A stretch of 64,000 nucleotides of DNA from NCBI GenBank assembly GCA_964016885.1, contig OZ024742.1, forward strand, positions 130,510,001 to 130,574,000, written 5' to 3'. The DNA is from Eledone cirrhosa (Eukaryota). Under the pieces are notes generated by a model that saw nothing but the letters and a program-made list of their open reading frames with translations, had not been told where the DNA came from and did no database searches. Of this stretch, positions 37,636 through 51,902 are shown piece after piece. The translations under genes and the position numbers were made by a program. The stretch's first letter is position 1, and each line of letters opens with the position of its first letter.

Positions 37636-37834
37636 TTATATATATCCCCCACTCTCAAGAGCGTGAAACTAATAAACCTTTGTTTGTACTGCCTCTCTGT
37701 TTTGTTCCCGTTCCATTTTTCACTATATTTATATATATATATATATATATATATAAAGATATGTATGTGTGTATGTGTGTATGTATATATGCATTTATGA
37801 ATGTTTGTATGCATGTATATGCATGCATGTATGC

Positions 37835-37877
<43 letters not shown>

Positions 37878-38649
37878 AATAAGTATATATATATATATAT
37901 GCTTGCATACATATACATAGACAGAGAAACTTAATAAATCCTATATTGGTTAGTGTACATTTAGTCACGATTCTAATGAAAGAAGCTACTGCAATCCTGT
38001 TTCTCACAACACGAACTGCCATCAGATATAGCAACTGATAGATAGAATGTTGCTTTACGATTTGGTACAATTTTAGCTCTTTCCATGCCAGCCTAGTTGA
38101 AAGATCATTAGAGAACACGCACTGGATTCTTAATCACCAATAAGATATAGAAGCAAGTGTAATCCACATATCGTGATAAAATGTATACATTGACCAGTAA
38201 CTTACTTCGGTCCCGAACCGATTTAGTTCTAAACACCATCACCATCACTATCACCATCACCACCAATTACAGCAGCAGTACGGCAGCCACTATCACCACC
38301 ACCACCACAACCAAACCACCATCACCACCACCACCACCACCATCAAAATAACCACCACCACCACCACCACCACCACCAAAACCACCACCATAATTACCAC
38401 CAAAACCACCGCCACTTCGACCACAACTACCACCACCACCATCACCATCACCATCACCACCACCACCACCACCACCACCACCACCAAACCACCACCATAA
38501 TTACCAACACCACTTCTACCACAACCACCAAAACTACCACAACCGCTACCATAACTACCATTACTACTACAACCACCACCACGACTATTGCTACCCTCCC
38601 CCACCACCACTCTTGTTTATTTCCCTTCTCTCCAATCTTATTTCACGTT

Positions 38650-39910
38650 ATTTTGCAGCAAAGAGTTACGGCCGTTTATGATCTGAGTTCAAATCCAGCC
38701 GAGGTTAACTTTGCTTTTCATCCTTACGGGGTCGATAAAATAAAGTACCAGTAATGCACTGGTTATTTGCTGGCCTTGTGCCTAAAGTAGAAACAATTAT
38801 TTCAGTTTTATTGTTGTTTCCGTTGTTTTTATCATTACTTCTGTTGATAGTGTCGTAGTTGTTGTTGTTGTTGTTGTTGTTGTTGGCGTTGTTGTCGTTA
38901 TTGTCGTCGTCGTCGTCGTTGTTGTTGTTGTCGTCGTTGTTGTTGTTGTCGTCGTTGTTGTTGTTGTCGGCGTTGTTGTTGTTGGCGTTGTTGTTGTCGT
39001 CGTCGTCGTTGTTGTTGTTGTTGTTGTTGTTGCTGCTACTGCTGCTGCTGTTGCTGCTGATGTTGTTGATTGTGAAGATCTAGCCATTGCCGGAATTGTT
39101 AAATCGACGAAAACATTCCTTGCAGTGGTTAATGGCTGTTTACGTTCTGAGTCCAAATCTTGCCGTAGTTGACTTTACACTTCGTCTTTCTAGTGTCGAT
39201 AAAATAGAGTACCAATAGAATACTGAGTCGCTTCGATGAACGTTTCTCCTCTCCCCAAATTGTTGTTGGCTTTGTGCCAACATTAGAAATCATTATTAGG
39301 GTTTGGCAGTATCGGTAGAGGGTCGGACGCTATGCTTTGACGCATAGAGTTACGGCCCTTGCCATTCTGAGTTCAAATCCTGCCGAGGTTAACTTTGCCT
39401 TTCATCCTTACGGGGTCGATAAACAAAGTACCAGTAATGCACTGGGGTCGATTTAATCGACGTTTCCCCTCTCCCCAAATTGATGGCCTTGTGCCTAAAT
39501 CAGAAACCATTATTAGGGTGGTTGATTGGTAGTATTGGTAGAGCTTTGTAGCATAGAGTTATGGCCCTTTACGTGCTGAGTTCAAATCCTGCCGTGGTTA
39601 ACTTTGCCTTTCATCTTTACGGGGTCGATAAAACAAAGTACCAGTAATGCACTGGGATAATTGCAGGCCTTGTGTAAAAAGTAGAAACAATTATTAGTCA
39701 GGGCGGTGGATTAGTAGTGTCGGTAGTGTCGGAAACATGTTTTATGGCATAGAGTTACGTACCGTTACGTTCTGAGTTCATATCCCGCCGAGGTTAACTT
39801 TGCCTTTCATCCTTACGGGGGTCGATTAAATAAAGTACCAGTAACGTGCTGAGATAATTGCTGGCCTTGTGCCAAAAGTAGAAACAACTATTAATAAGAG
39901 CGGTGATTAG
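38650..39910 (+). mobile_element. Array of ~5 SINE family A copies, mostly head-to-tail via ATT tails
   Basis: Copies at ~38650-38800, 39085-39295, 39298-39512, 39515-39695 and 39700-39892. Confidence 0.9.
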
Positions 39911-39919
39911 CATCATTTG

Positions 39920-40400
39920 CTTGGTTTGTTGCCAACTTCACTGAGATACTCCCAACACATTTGTCTCTTTTCTCATCCTTCATATCGTGTCAAACCCCGC
40001 TGGCCGAACATGAGTCACTACCATTACTCCTTCATACCCAGCATATCAGCCCTCAAGAGTTCGTCCCCCGTCCCATGCCCTTCCTTCAGTCGTTGATTAG
40101 CAACTCTTCAAGAACATCAACTACATCATCTACACCAATCTTGGAGGAACTACGAAGGCCTTCAGCAGATTCCTATTACATAAGTGTTCATACTCCGGAA
40201 CAAATACCACAAAGTATTTTAGATGAATGTAAATTCGTCGTCTCCCTTGCACAATAGCCATACATGCATGGTTTCTGAACTTCTGAGTGTTAGGGGCACC
40301 GTAGTGACATAGGGCGTCAGTTGAGCATTTAAACCTGGAAGGAACCATCTCACTCTTGGTCTGAACACAGCCGATTTCTTCTCGAGAAAGAGAGAGAGAG
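39920..40400 (+). mobile_element. Possible decayed LINE fragment ending in (GA)n; 3' part repeated at 43045-43150
   Basis: Weak RT-like peptides (ISPQEFVP; YIIYTNL..KAFSR); TAGGG.C.CCGTAGTGA.ATA.GG.GTC...GCATTTAAA.CCTGG occurs twice, each time upstream of (GA)n. Confidence 0.4.
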
Positions 40401-40840
40401 AAAGAGAAGTTGAGAAAAATATATCCAGGATGAGTCGACCCTATTACTGGGCTGGTTCTTTATTTATCGATCTCGAAATGATCGATAAAAGTAGAACAGA
40501 TAGAACACCCGTAGAATATACTACGAACATAATCTAGAGTTAAATGTTAAACAATTCTGAATTCCACCAATAGAAAACACGACGAGCATGTACCACCATC
40601 ACCCCTTCATTCAGAAGATGAGGCTAAGAATATTTTGAAACATTTATTGGACTTAGCAACGTTATTGTTCCAACTATGCAACTATGCATAAAGAGAGTAA
40701 TAAGGAAATGTGACAAAAATCTTTAATAGAAAAAGGTTAAAGTCAAACACACTCGTATCTTAAGTATAACGTTTGATAGGAAATCTTCCTCTTGTACACA
40801 CACACATACACACACACGAACACACACACACACACACACA

Positions 40841-40876
<36 letters not shown>

Positions 40877-40992
40877 TAAAACCCACACATCTTTAATGTG
40901 TAAGGAAATATGAAAACTCTCTCATAAAAACAGGGTGAAAGGGAACACGGTCGTGTCTTTCGTATAACGCATTTGGAAGAAAAGGCGATTCT

Positions 40993-41064
<72 letters not shown>

Positions 41065-42240
41065 CACACAGAGACAGAAACATAGACAGACATACACATA
41101 CAGACAGACACACACAAGCACAGTTTTAGCATCCATTTTGTATTTTTGTTCATGTTGTTATTGTTTTTGTTATCGTTATTATTGATGATCACCTTATTGT
41201 TCCAAACTAAGCATAGAAGGAGTAAAAATGAAATATGAAAAAAAAAAAAATAGCATCTTTAGAAAAAGGTTAAAGTCGAAACCGTCGTGTCTTTAATATA
41301 ACATGTTTGAAAGAAAACAGTTTCCTGTACACACACACACACACACATACACTCATACACACATACACACACACACATACACACACATACACACACACAC
41401 ATACACACACACACACATTCACACACACAGTCACACAAACACACATTCAAGCACACGCATATACAAGCACACGCATTTACAAGCACAAAAGCACACGGTT
41501 TAGTGTTTGAGGAATTAAACGAAATCCTTTGGCGGCCATTTTTTTTCTTTTTTAACAGTTGTTGTTATAGTTATTATTGATGCGGCTGTTGTTGTGGATG
41601 TTGCTGTTATTATTGTTGTTGATGTTGCTACTACTGTTGTTGTTGTTGTTGTTGTTGTTGCTACTGCTGCTGCTGCTGCCACTGTTGTTAAGTCAGAAAT
41701 ACGGAAATAGTTTTGGTATTACTAACTTTCGGCGAGAACGGCCAAAAAAGCAATCGAGCGTCTAGCGAAGTGATTTCACAGTGGCAATAGCAATGCACAC
41801 AAGTAACCAGAGTGAGTCTTAACTGTCTTCTTTCTTCGTTGCTCCTCTGACAGAACGTGCCAAGAACTTGACATTTTTACAAGAGCTATTTAGAAATCTT
41901 GTCCAGAAAGTAATAAAACTCACGGGCCCGGCAAATGAAAATTTTAATGGAGTAGAATAAATTGAGAAGAGCAAGAAGAAGAAGCAGCAGAAGAAGCAGC
42001 AGAAAAAGAAGAAGAAGAAGCAGAAGAAGAAGAATAAGGGGAAGAAGAAAAAGCAAAAGCAACAGCAGAAGAAAATGAAAAAAAAAGATAAAGAAGCTGC
42101 TGTTGATGATGATGATGATTATGATGATGGTAATGATTATGATGATGTTGATGATTATGGTGATGATGAGGATGATGGTGGTGATGATGATGATGATGAT
42201 GATTATGATGATGACGATGGTGATGATGATGATGGTGATG

Positions 42241-42272
<32 letters not shown>

Positions 42273-42289
42273 GATGATGATGATGATAA

Positions 42290-42500
42290 TGGTAATTGGA
42301 TTGACAGAATCACTAGAGCGTCGGACAAAATGCTTGCAGTATTTAGTTACAACTCTTTAGGTTCTGAGTTCAAATCCCGTTGAGGTCAACTTTACTTCTC
42401 GTCCTTCCGGTGTTGATAAAATGAAGGGCCGGTTAGGTACTAGGGTCGATATAGTCGACATTACCACACCTCACAAATTACTGGCATTGGGCTAAAATTA
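42290..42500 (+). mobile_element. Diverged SINE family A between (GAT)n tracts
   Basis: GAGTTCAAATCCCG...GATAAAATGAAG...AAATTACTGGCATTGGGCTAAAATTAG. Confidence 0.75.
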
Positions 42501-42647
42501 GATGCAGTTATGATCATGTTGATGATGACGATAATGATGGTGAGGATAGGGATGATGGTGATGATGGTGACAATGATGATGATGATTATTATAATAATGG
42601 TGAGTATGATGGTGGTGATGATGGTGATGATGATGACGATGAGGATG

Positions 42648-42709
<62 letters not shown>

Positions 42710-42764
42710 TGATGTGGTGGCGATGATGATGGCGATGGAGATGATGATGATGATGGCGATGATG

Positions 42765-42796
<32 letters not shown>

Positions 42797-43381
42797 GATG
42801 ATGACGTCGATGATGTAGGAGGAGCTGAAGAGGTGAGAGGAGGAAATTGGGAAGATAAGAAAGATGAACAGAATGAAAATAGACGAATTTAGATGAAGAT
42901 GAAGTGGGAAGATGATCAGAAAACTCATGTGGAAGAAGATGGTGGGAGGAGTGAGTAATAGGAGGAGGCTGAAGACGTGTGTGTGTGTGTGTGTGGGGGG
43001 GGGTCTTTGAGGAGAATGTCATGTCATGGACCACTGACTCTCAGTGGAGTCGTAGGGACGCCGTAGTGATATACGGTGTCTCTTTGGCATTTAAAACCTG
43101 GTGGTGCACTTGGTCCTCTTAGTTTTTTCCACAGAAGCACAGAGAAAGAGAGAGAGGGAGAGAGAGAGGGATAGAGAGAGAGAGAGAGAGGGAAGGAGAG
43201 ATGGAAGGAGAGAGGGAAGGAGAGAGAGAGCGAGAGAGAGAGGGAGGGAGAGAGAGAGGGAGAGAGGATGTAAGAGACAAAGAGGGTGGGAAATAGAGAC
43301 AGTGGGAGTGGGAGATAGATTGAGAGATGGATAGTGATACAGAGAATGTGTGAAAGAGAGGAAGAGAAAGATATAATGAAG

Positions 43382-43453
<72 letters not shown>

Positions 43454-43911
43454 AAGGAAAGAGAAAAACAGTATGAAAGTCATAGAGATAGAGAGAAATC
43501 GACCATAATACTTACTACACTGTTACTTTATTTATCGAATATATTCAATCTGACTATCTTAGGACACTGCCAATTCACTGCATTTGAGGAGAGAGAAAGG
43601 AAATACTTCATTAAAAACAAAACAGACAAGAAAATATAGAAATGATGATAAATGAGAACATCAAGAAATGAAATAGAAAAATAAAGAAGCTTATCGCTAA
43701 ATCGAACTAAGGAAACAATGTTCCCATCAGTTTTTTCAATTGATGATGTTATTTGATGGTGACAACTCCTGGCAGAAGGTGGATACATTGAAACTCATCA
43801 TACTCAGAGTCGGATGAGATGTTGCAACACATCCTGTCTGAGTCTTTAACAATTTCACCGAATCATCGCCTCTACTCGACAGGTACTTTATTTATTGACC
43901 TTGAAATGTAG

Positions 43912-44205
43912 AGGCGCGTAACCTAGTGGTAAGGGTGTTGGACTTACGATCATAATGTCGTGGGTTGTATGTTGTCTTCTTGAGCAAAACATTTCATTTC
44001 ATGTGGCTTCAATATGCCCAGTTGTGTGTGTGTTGTGTTCTTGAACAAATAACTTCATCTCACGTTGCTCCAATACATCCAGCTGAAAATGAGTACCAGC
44101 AACAGCTGGGGGTTTAACCCTGCGATGGACCTACGTCCTGTCCAGGGAGGCCATGCAAACAGGATAAGCACCGGTTTGATGAGCCTCAGAGCTCGAGAAA
44201 ACTTT
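43912..44205 (+). mobile_element. SINE family C
   Basis: GGCGCGTAACCTAGTGGTAAGG head, TTCTTGAGCAAAACA, AAATGAGTACC, AACCCTGCGATGGAC. Confidence 0.7.
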
Positions 44206-45031
44206 AGACTTTCGAAATGATGAAAAGCAAAATTGATCTCGGCCGAATTCAAACTTAGAGTACAGTTAGCCGACACAAGTTACTGAGGCATTTAATCCAG
44301 TTCACCGCTAATGAAATGAAAAGATAGTGAAAATGCTAAAAAATGATGGCTTCATTTAAACCCACATGACTGACACTGAGTTCTGTATCAGAAAATAAAG
44401 ACACAATCCACCAACAACATTAATTTACAACAAATATTACAGGAGTTCATTTTATTTATTTTAGTTAGTGAGAAACTGTAACAAATCCGGGTACGGTTGT
44501 TAGTAGAAGATAAATGAAGGCTGTTAAAATGAAGACAGCAACGACAAGAGGAGACGTCGATTTCATCAACCCCACTATATTACTAGTATATTATTGCACG
44601 ATTCGGCAAGGGAGCCTCTATCTACTCTATCAATCTGCTTAAAATAGCAACCAAATCTCCTTTAAACCCCGTCATATCCGTAAACGACTAAAAAGGAAAG
44701 GTACATTCAAATATTGTAGTCGTGGATAGGAAATGTCCGAGAAAAAGATGTGATGGTCATATCAGGCAATGGTTTTGTTTCTAGATCTGCTGAGTCAGGA
44801 CTGAGCCAGTGCTAACTAAACATCACCACCCTCATCAACAAAAACAATACTATCATTTGTAGCACACTACATCACCAGCAACACTATCACCACATCATTA
44901 CTGGCAACAATGTAGTTTGTGTTACACAATATCAAAAAAACACAACAAAAAACAGGAGGTTAGAATATGTTTGATCATAGTTCTACTTGATTAAGATTAC
45001 TATCTCACTACTAAATTCATCCATTTCTTTC

Positions 45032-48000
45032 TGGTGACATGATAAAACCTTTCCATCTCACAAGATCCAACATTAACTGTCTCAGTTCTTCACCAGACAA
45101 TTCTATATCTTTGTGGTGACATGATAAAACCTTTCCATCTCACAAGATCCAACATTAACTGTCTCAGTTCTTCACCAGACAATTCTATATCTTTGTGGTG
45201 ACATGATAAAACCTTTCCATCTCACAAGATCCAACATTAACTGTCCTCAGTTCTTCACCAGACAATTCTGTATCTTTGTGGTGACATGATAAAACCTTTC
45301 CATCTCACAAGATCCAACATTAACTGTCTCAGTTCTTCACCAGACAATTCTGTATCTTTGTGGTGACATGATAAAACCTTTCCATCTCACAAGATCCAAC
45401 ATTAACTGTCTCAGTTCTTCACCAGACAATTCTGTATCTTTGTGGTGGCATGATAAAACCTTTCCATCTCACAAGATCCAGAATTAACTGTCCTCAGTTC
45501 TTCACCAGACAATTCTGTATCTTTGTGGTGGCATGATAAAACCTTTCCATCTCACAAGATCCAACATTAACTGTCTCAGTTCTTCACCAGACAATTCTAT
45601 ATCTTTGTGGTGACATGATAAAACCTTTCCATCTCACAAGATCCAACATTAACTGTCTCAGTTATTCACCAGACAATTCTATATCTTTGTGGTGACATGA
45701 TAAAACCTTTCCATCTCACAAGATCCAACATTAACTGTCTCAGTTATTCACCAGACAATTCTATATCTTTGTGGTGACATGATAAAACCTTTCCATCTCA
45801 CAAGATCCAACATTAACTGTCTCAGTTATTCACCAGACAATTCTGTATCTTTGTGGTGACATGATAAAACCTTTCCATCTCACAAGATCCAACATTAACT
45901 GTCTCAGTTCTTCACCAGACAATTCTGTATCTTTGTGGTGACATGATAAAACCTTTCCATCTCACAAGATCCAACATTAACTGTCCTCAGTTCTTCACCA
46001 GACAATTCTGTATCTTTGTGGTGACATGATAAAACCTTTCCATCTCACAAGATCCAACATTAACTGTCTCAGTTATTCACCAGACAATTCTGTATCTTTG
46101 TGGTGACATGATAAAACCTTTCCATCTCACAAGATCCAACATTAACTGTCTCAGTTCTTCACCAGACAATTCTGTATCTTTGTGGTGACATGATAAAACC
46201 TTTCCATCTCACAAGATCCAACATTAACTGTCCTCAGTTCTTCACCAGACAATTCTGTATCTTTGTGGTGACATGATAAAACCTTTCCATCTCACAAGAT
46301 CCAACATTAACTGTCTCAGTTATTCACCAGACAATTCTGTATCTTTGTGGTGACATGATAAAACCTTTCCATCTCACAAGATCCAACATTAACTGTCTCA
46401 GTTCTTCACCAGACAATTCTGTATCTTTGTGGTGACATGATAAAACCTTTCCATCTCACAAGATCCAACATTAACTGTCCTCAGTTCTTCACCAGACAAT
46501 TCTGTATCTTTGTGGTGACATGATAAAACCTTTCCATCTCACAAGATCCAACATTAACTGTCCTCAGTTCTTCACCAGACAATTCTGTATCTTTGTGGTG
46601 ACATGATAAAACCTTTCCATCTCACAAGATCCAGAATTAACTGTCCTCAGTTCTTCACCAGACAATTCTGTATCTTTGTAGTGACATGATAAAACCTTTC
46701 CATCTCACAAGATCCAACATTAACTGTCCTCAGTTCTTCACCAGACAATTCTGTATCTTTGTGGTGACATGATAAAACCTTTCCATCTCACAAGATCCAA
46801 CATTAACTGTCTCAGTTCTTCACCAGACAATTCTGTATCTTTGTGGTGACATGATAAAACCTTTCCATCTCACAAGATCCAACATTAACTGTCTCAGTTC
46901 TTCACCAGACAATTCTGTATCTTTGTGGTGACATGATAAAACCTTTCCATCTCACAAGATCCAACATTAACTGTCTCAGTTCTTCACCAGACAATTCTGT
47001 ATCTTTGTGGTGACATGATAAAACCTTTCCATCTCACAAGATCCAACATTAACTGTCTCAGTTCTTCACCAGACAATTCTGTATCTTTGTGGTGACATGA
47101 TAAAACCTTTCCATCTCACAAGATCCAACATTAACTGTCCTCAGTTCTTCCACAGACAATTCTGTATCTTTGTGGTGACATGATAAAACCTTTCCATCTC
47201 ACAAGATCCAACATTAACTGTCTCAGTTCTTCACCAGACAATTCTGTATCTTTGTGGTGACATGATAAAACCTTTCCATCTCACAAGATCCAACATTAAC
47301 TGTCCTCAGTTCTTCCACAGACAATTCTGTATCTTTGTGGTGACATGATAAAACCTTTCCATCTCACAAGATCCAACATTAACTGTCTCAGTTCTTCACC
47401 AGACAATTCTGTATCTTTGTGGTGACATGATAAAACCTTTCCATCTCACAAGATCCAACATTAACTGTCCTCAGTTCTTCACCAGACAATTCTGTATCTT
47501 TGTGGTGACATGATAAAACCTTTCCATCTCACAAGATCCAACATTAACTGTCTCAGTTCTTCACAAGACAATTCTGTATCTTTGTGGTGACATGATAAAA
47601 CCTTTCCATCTCACAAGATCCAACATTAACTGTCTCAGTTCTTCACCAGACAATTCTGTATCTTTGTGGTGACATGATAAAACCTTTCCATCTCACAAGA
47701 TCCAACATTAACTGTCTCAGTTCTTCACCAGACAATTCTGTATCTTTGTGGTGACATGATAAAACCTTTCCATCTCACAAGATCCAACATTAACTGTCCT
47801 CAGTTCTTCCACAGACAATTCTGTATCTTTGTGGTGACATGATAAAACCTTTCCATCTCACAAGATCCAACATTAACTGTCTCAGTTCTTCACCAGACAA
47901 TTCTGTATCTTTGTGGTGACATGATAAAACCTTTCCATCTCACAAGATCCAACATTAACTGTCCTCAGTTCTTCCACAGACAATTCTGTATCTTTGTGGT

Positions 48001-50879
48001 GACATGATAAAACCTTTCCATCTCACAAGATCCAACATTAACTGTCTCAGTTCTTCACCAGACAATTCTGTATCTTTGTGGTGACATGATAAAACCTTTC
48101 CATCTCACAAGATCCAACATTAACTGTCCTCAGTTCTTCACCAGACAATTCTGTATCTTTGTGGTGACATGATAAAACCTTTCCATCTCACAAGATCCAA
48201 CATTAACTGTCTCAGTTCTTCACCAGACAATTCTGTATCTTTGTGGTGACATGATAAAACCTTTCCATCTCACAAGATCCAACATTAACTGTCCTCAGTT
48301 CTTCCACAGACAATTCTGTATCTTTGTGGTGACATGATAAAACCTTTCCATCTCACAAGATCCAACATTAACTGTCCTCAGTTCTTCCACAGACAATTCT
48401 GTATCTTTGTGGTGACATGATAAAACCTTTCCATCTCACAAGATCCAACATTAACTGTCTCAGTTCTTCACCAGACAATTCTGTATCTTTGTGGTGACAT
48501 GATAAAACCTTTCCATCTCACAAGATCCAACATTAACTGTCTCAGTTCTTCACCAGACAATTCTGTATCTTTGTGGTGACATGATAAAACCTTTCCATCT
48601 CACAAGATCCAACATTAACTGTCTCAGTTCTTCACCAGACAATTCTGTATCTTTGTGGTGACATGATAAAACCTTTCCATCTCACAAGATCCAACATTAA
48701 CTGTCTCAGTTCTTCACCAGACAATTCTGTATCTTTGTGGTGACATGATAAAACCTTTCCATCTCACAAGATCCAACATTAACTGTGCTCAGTTCTTCCA
48801 CAGACAATTCTGTATCTTTGTGGTGACATGATAAAACCTTTCCATCTCACAAGATCCAACATTAACTGTCTCAGTTCTTCACCAGACAATTCTGTATCTT
48901 TGTGGTGACATGATAAAACCTTTCCATCTCACAAGATCCAACATTAACTGTGCTCAGTTCTTCCACAGACAATTCTGTATCTTTGTGGTGACATGATAAA
49001 ACCTTTCCATCTCACAAGATCCAACATTAACTGTCCTCAGTTCTTCACCAGACAATTCTATATCTTTGTGGTGACATGATAAAACCTTTCCATCTCACAA
49101 GATCCAACATTAACTGTCTCAGTTCTTCACCAGACAATTCTCTATCTTTGTGGTGACATGATAAAACCTTTCCATCTCACAAGATCCAACATTAACTGTC
49201 TCAGTTCTTCACCAGACAATTCTGTATCTTTGTGGTGACATGATAAAACCTTTCCATCTCACAAGATCCAACATTAACTGTCTCAGTTCTTCACCAGACA
49301 ATTCTGTATCTTTGTGGTGACATGATAAAACCTTTCCATCTCACAAGATCCAACATTAACTGTCTCAGTTCTTCACCAGACAATTCTGTATCTTTGTGGT
49401 GACATGATAAAACCTTTCCATCTCACAAGATCCAACATTAACTGTCCTCAGTTCTTCCACAGACAATTCTGTATCTTTGTGGTGACATGATAAAACCTTT
49501 CCATCTCACAAGATCCAACATTAACTGTCTCAGTTCTTCACCAGACAATTCTGTATCTTTGTGGTGACATGATAAAACCTTTCCATCTCACAAGATCCAA
49601 CATTAACTGTCTCAGTTCTTCACCAGACAATTCTGTATCTTTGTGGTGACATGATAAAACCTTTCCATCTCACAAGATCCAACATTAACTGTCTCAGTTC
49701 TTCACCAGACAATTCTGTATCTTTGTAGTGACATGATAAAACCTTTCCATCTCACAAGATCCAACATTAACTGTCCTCAGTTCTTCCACAGACAATTCTG
49801 TATCTTTGTGGTGACATGATAAAACCTTTCCATCTCACAAGATCCAACATTAACTGTCTCAGTTCTTCACCAGACAATTCTGTATCTTTGTGGTGACATG
49901 ATAAAACCTTTCCATCTCACAAGATCCAACATTAACTGTCTCAGTTCTTCACCAGACAATTCTGTATCTTTGTGGTGACATGATAAAACCTTTCCATCTC
50001 ACAAGATCCAACATTAACTGTCTCAGTTCTTCACCAGACAATTCTGTATCTTTGTAGTGACATGATAAAACCTTTCCATCTCACAAGATCCAACATTAAC
50101 TGTCCTCAGTTCTTCACAAGACAATTCTGTATCTTTGTGGTGACATGATAAAACCTTTCCATCTCACAAGATCCAACATTAACTGTCCTCAGTTCTTCAC
50201 CAGACAATTCTATATCGTTGTGGTGACATGATAAAACCTTTCCATCTCACAAGATCCAACATTAACTGTCCTCAGTTCTTCACCAGACAATTCTATATCT
50301 TTGTGGTGACATGATAAAACCTTTCCATCTCACAAGATCCAACATTAACTGTCCTCAGTTCTTCACCAGACAATTCTGTATCTTTGTGGTGACATGATAA
50401 AACCTTTCCATCTCACAAGATCCAACATTAACTGTCTCAGTTCTTCACCAGACAATTCTGTATCTTTGTAGTGACATGATAAAACCTTTCCATCTCACAA
50501 GATCCAACATTAACTGTCCTCAGTTCTTCACCAGACAATTCTGTATCTTTGTGGTGACATGATAAAACCTTTCCATCTCACAAGATCCAACATTAACTGT
50601 CTCAGTTCTTCACCAGACAATTCTGTATCTTTGTAGTGACATGATAAAACCTTTCCATCTCACAAGATCCAACATTAACTGTCCTCAGTTCTTCACCAGA
50701 CAATTCTATATCTTTGTGGTGACATGATAAAACCTTTCCATCTCACAAGATCCAACATTAACTGTCTCAGTTCTTCCACAGACAATTCTGTATCTTTGTA
50801 GTGACATGATAAAACCTTTCCATCTCACAAGATCCAACATTAACTGTCTCAGTTCTTCACCAGACAATTCTGTATCTTT
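45032..50879 (-). repeat. Homogeneous 82/83-bp tandem satellite (~70 copies) embedded in an RTE-like LINE 3' fragment
   Basis: Unit GTGGTGACATGATAAAACCTTTCCATCTCACAAGATCCAACATTAACTGT(C)CTCAGTTCTTCACCAGACAATTCTGTATCTTT; no unique spacers. Confidence 0.97.
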
Positions 50880-50971
50880 TTCAATGATTCTCTTTAACGT
50901 ATTGAGAGGTCTTCTCACTGCTTAACTGTCGTACACATATGATGAAGATAGACCTGGACTAAACAACAACA

Positions 50972-51002
<31 letters not shown>

Positions 51003-51066
51003 CAACAACAACAGCAGCAGCAACAACATCAACAACGACGACGACGACTCCACCACCACCACCACC

Positions 51067-51097
<31 letters not shown>

Positions 51098-51266
51098 CCA
51101 CCACCAACAATAATAACAACAACAACAACAACAATGATGACGACGACAACGACGTGGTATGTGTGTAAGTGGTGTGTGGTGTGTGTGGTGTGTGTAGTGA
51201 GTGGTGTGTGTGTATGTATGTGTGTGTGTGTATATCTGTATGCGTGAACATGTGCTTATGTCTCTG

Positions 51267-51335
<69 letters not shown>

Positions 51336-51383
51336 ATGGAAATATTAATTTCACGCTCTGGAGAGTGGGGTGTTGGTGGGGGA

Positions 51384-51419
<36 letters not shown>

Positions 51420-51464
51420 GATATTAACAAATGGAAACTATATTTATAAAACCATATTTATTTC

Positions 51465-51520
51465 ATTATACATATTTCAAGGACACCAAGTTAAATTATG
51501 GTGTGCTTTCATCAGATAAA
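51465..51520 (-). ncRNA. Degenerate hammerhead ribozyme in a pLTR-like fragment
   Basis: Minus strand CTGATGA-AAGCACACC-(12 nt)-GGTGTCCTT-GAAAT-AT-GTA, then AATAAA; stem I is poor. Confidence 0.55.
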
Positions 51521-51564
51521 ATATAATATAGAGAAGTTTTATTAATAAATATTGACATACCCTT

Positions 51565-51627
51565 AAAGAATGCAACCATTACTGTTGGAAGCTCCGAGAG
51601 CTTCCAACAGTAATGGTTGCATTCTTT
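51565..51627. repeat. Perfect 30-bp-arm hairpin with CGA loop
   Basis: AAAGAATGCAACCATTACTGTTGGAAGCTC-CGA-GAGCTTCCAACAGTAATGGTTGCATTCTTT. Confidence 0.95.
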
Positions 51628-51702
51628 GTTGAGTGCTTTATATCAGTTATAAAAATATTTGCTTGTTGTATCACAACAATCTTTAAATAGAACTTTTACA
51701 TA

Positions 51703-51755
<53 letters not shown>

Positions 51756-51902
51756 TATTTTCCGTTGTGTTGTAATATAAATATTACACACAGTAGATTA
51801 TCAGCTCACGTAGAGTTTGCTCGACGGTTCCAGTTGTAGTTCCAAAAGTAATCCGGAGAAAAATAGAAAGATTTGAATGGATACAGTTTAGTTGAAAGGA
51901 AT

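Noticed and set aside
37935-38200. piggyBac-like C-terminal fragment or exon
   Set aside because: Similarity too weak to call by eye
45032-50879. CRISPR array
   Set aside because: Units are contiguous and near-identical with no unique spacers, there are no cas genes, and the context is eukaryotic
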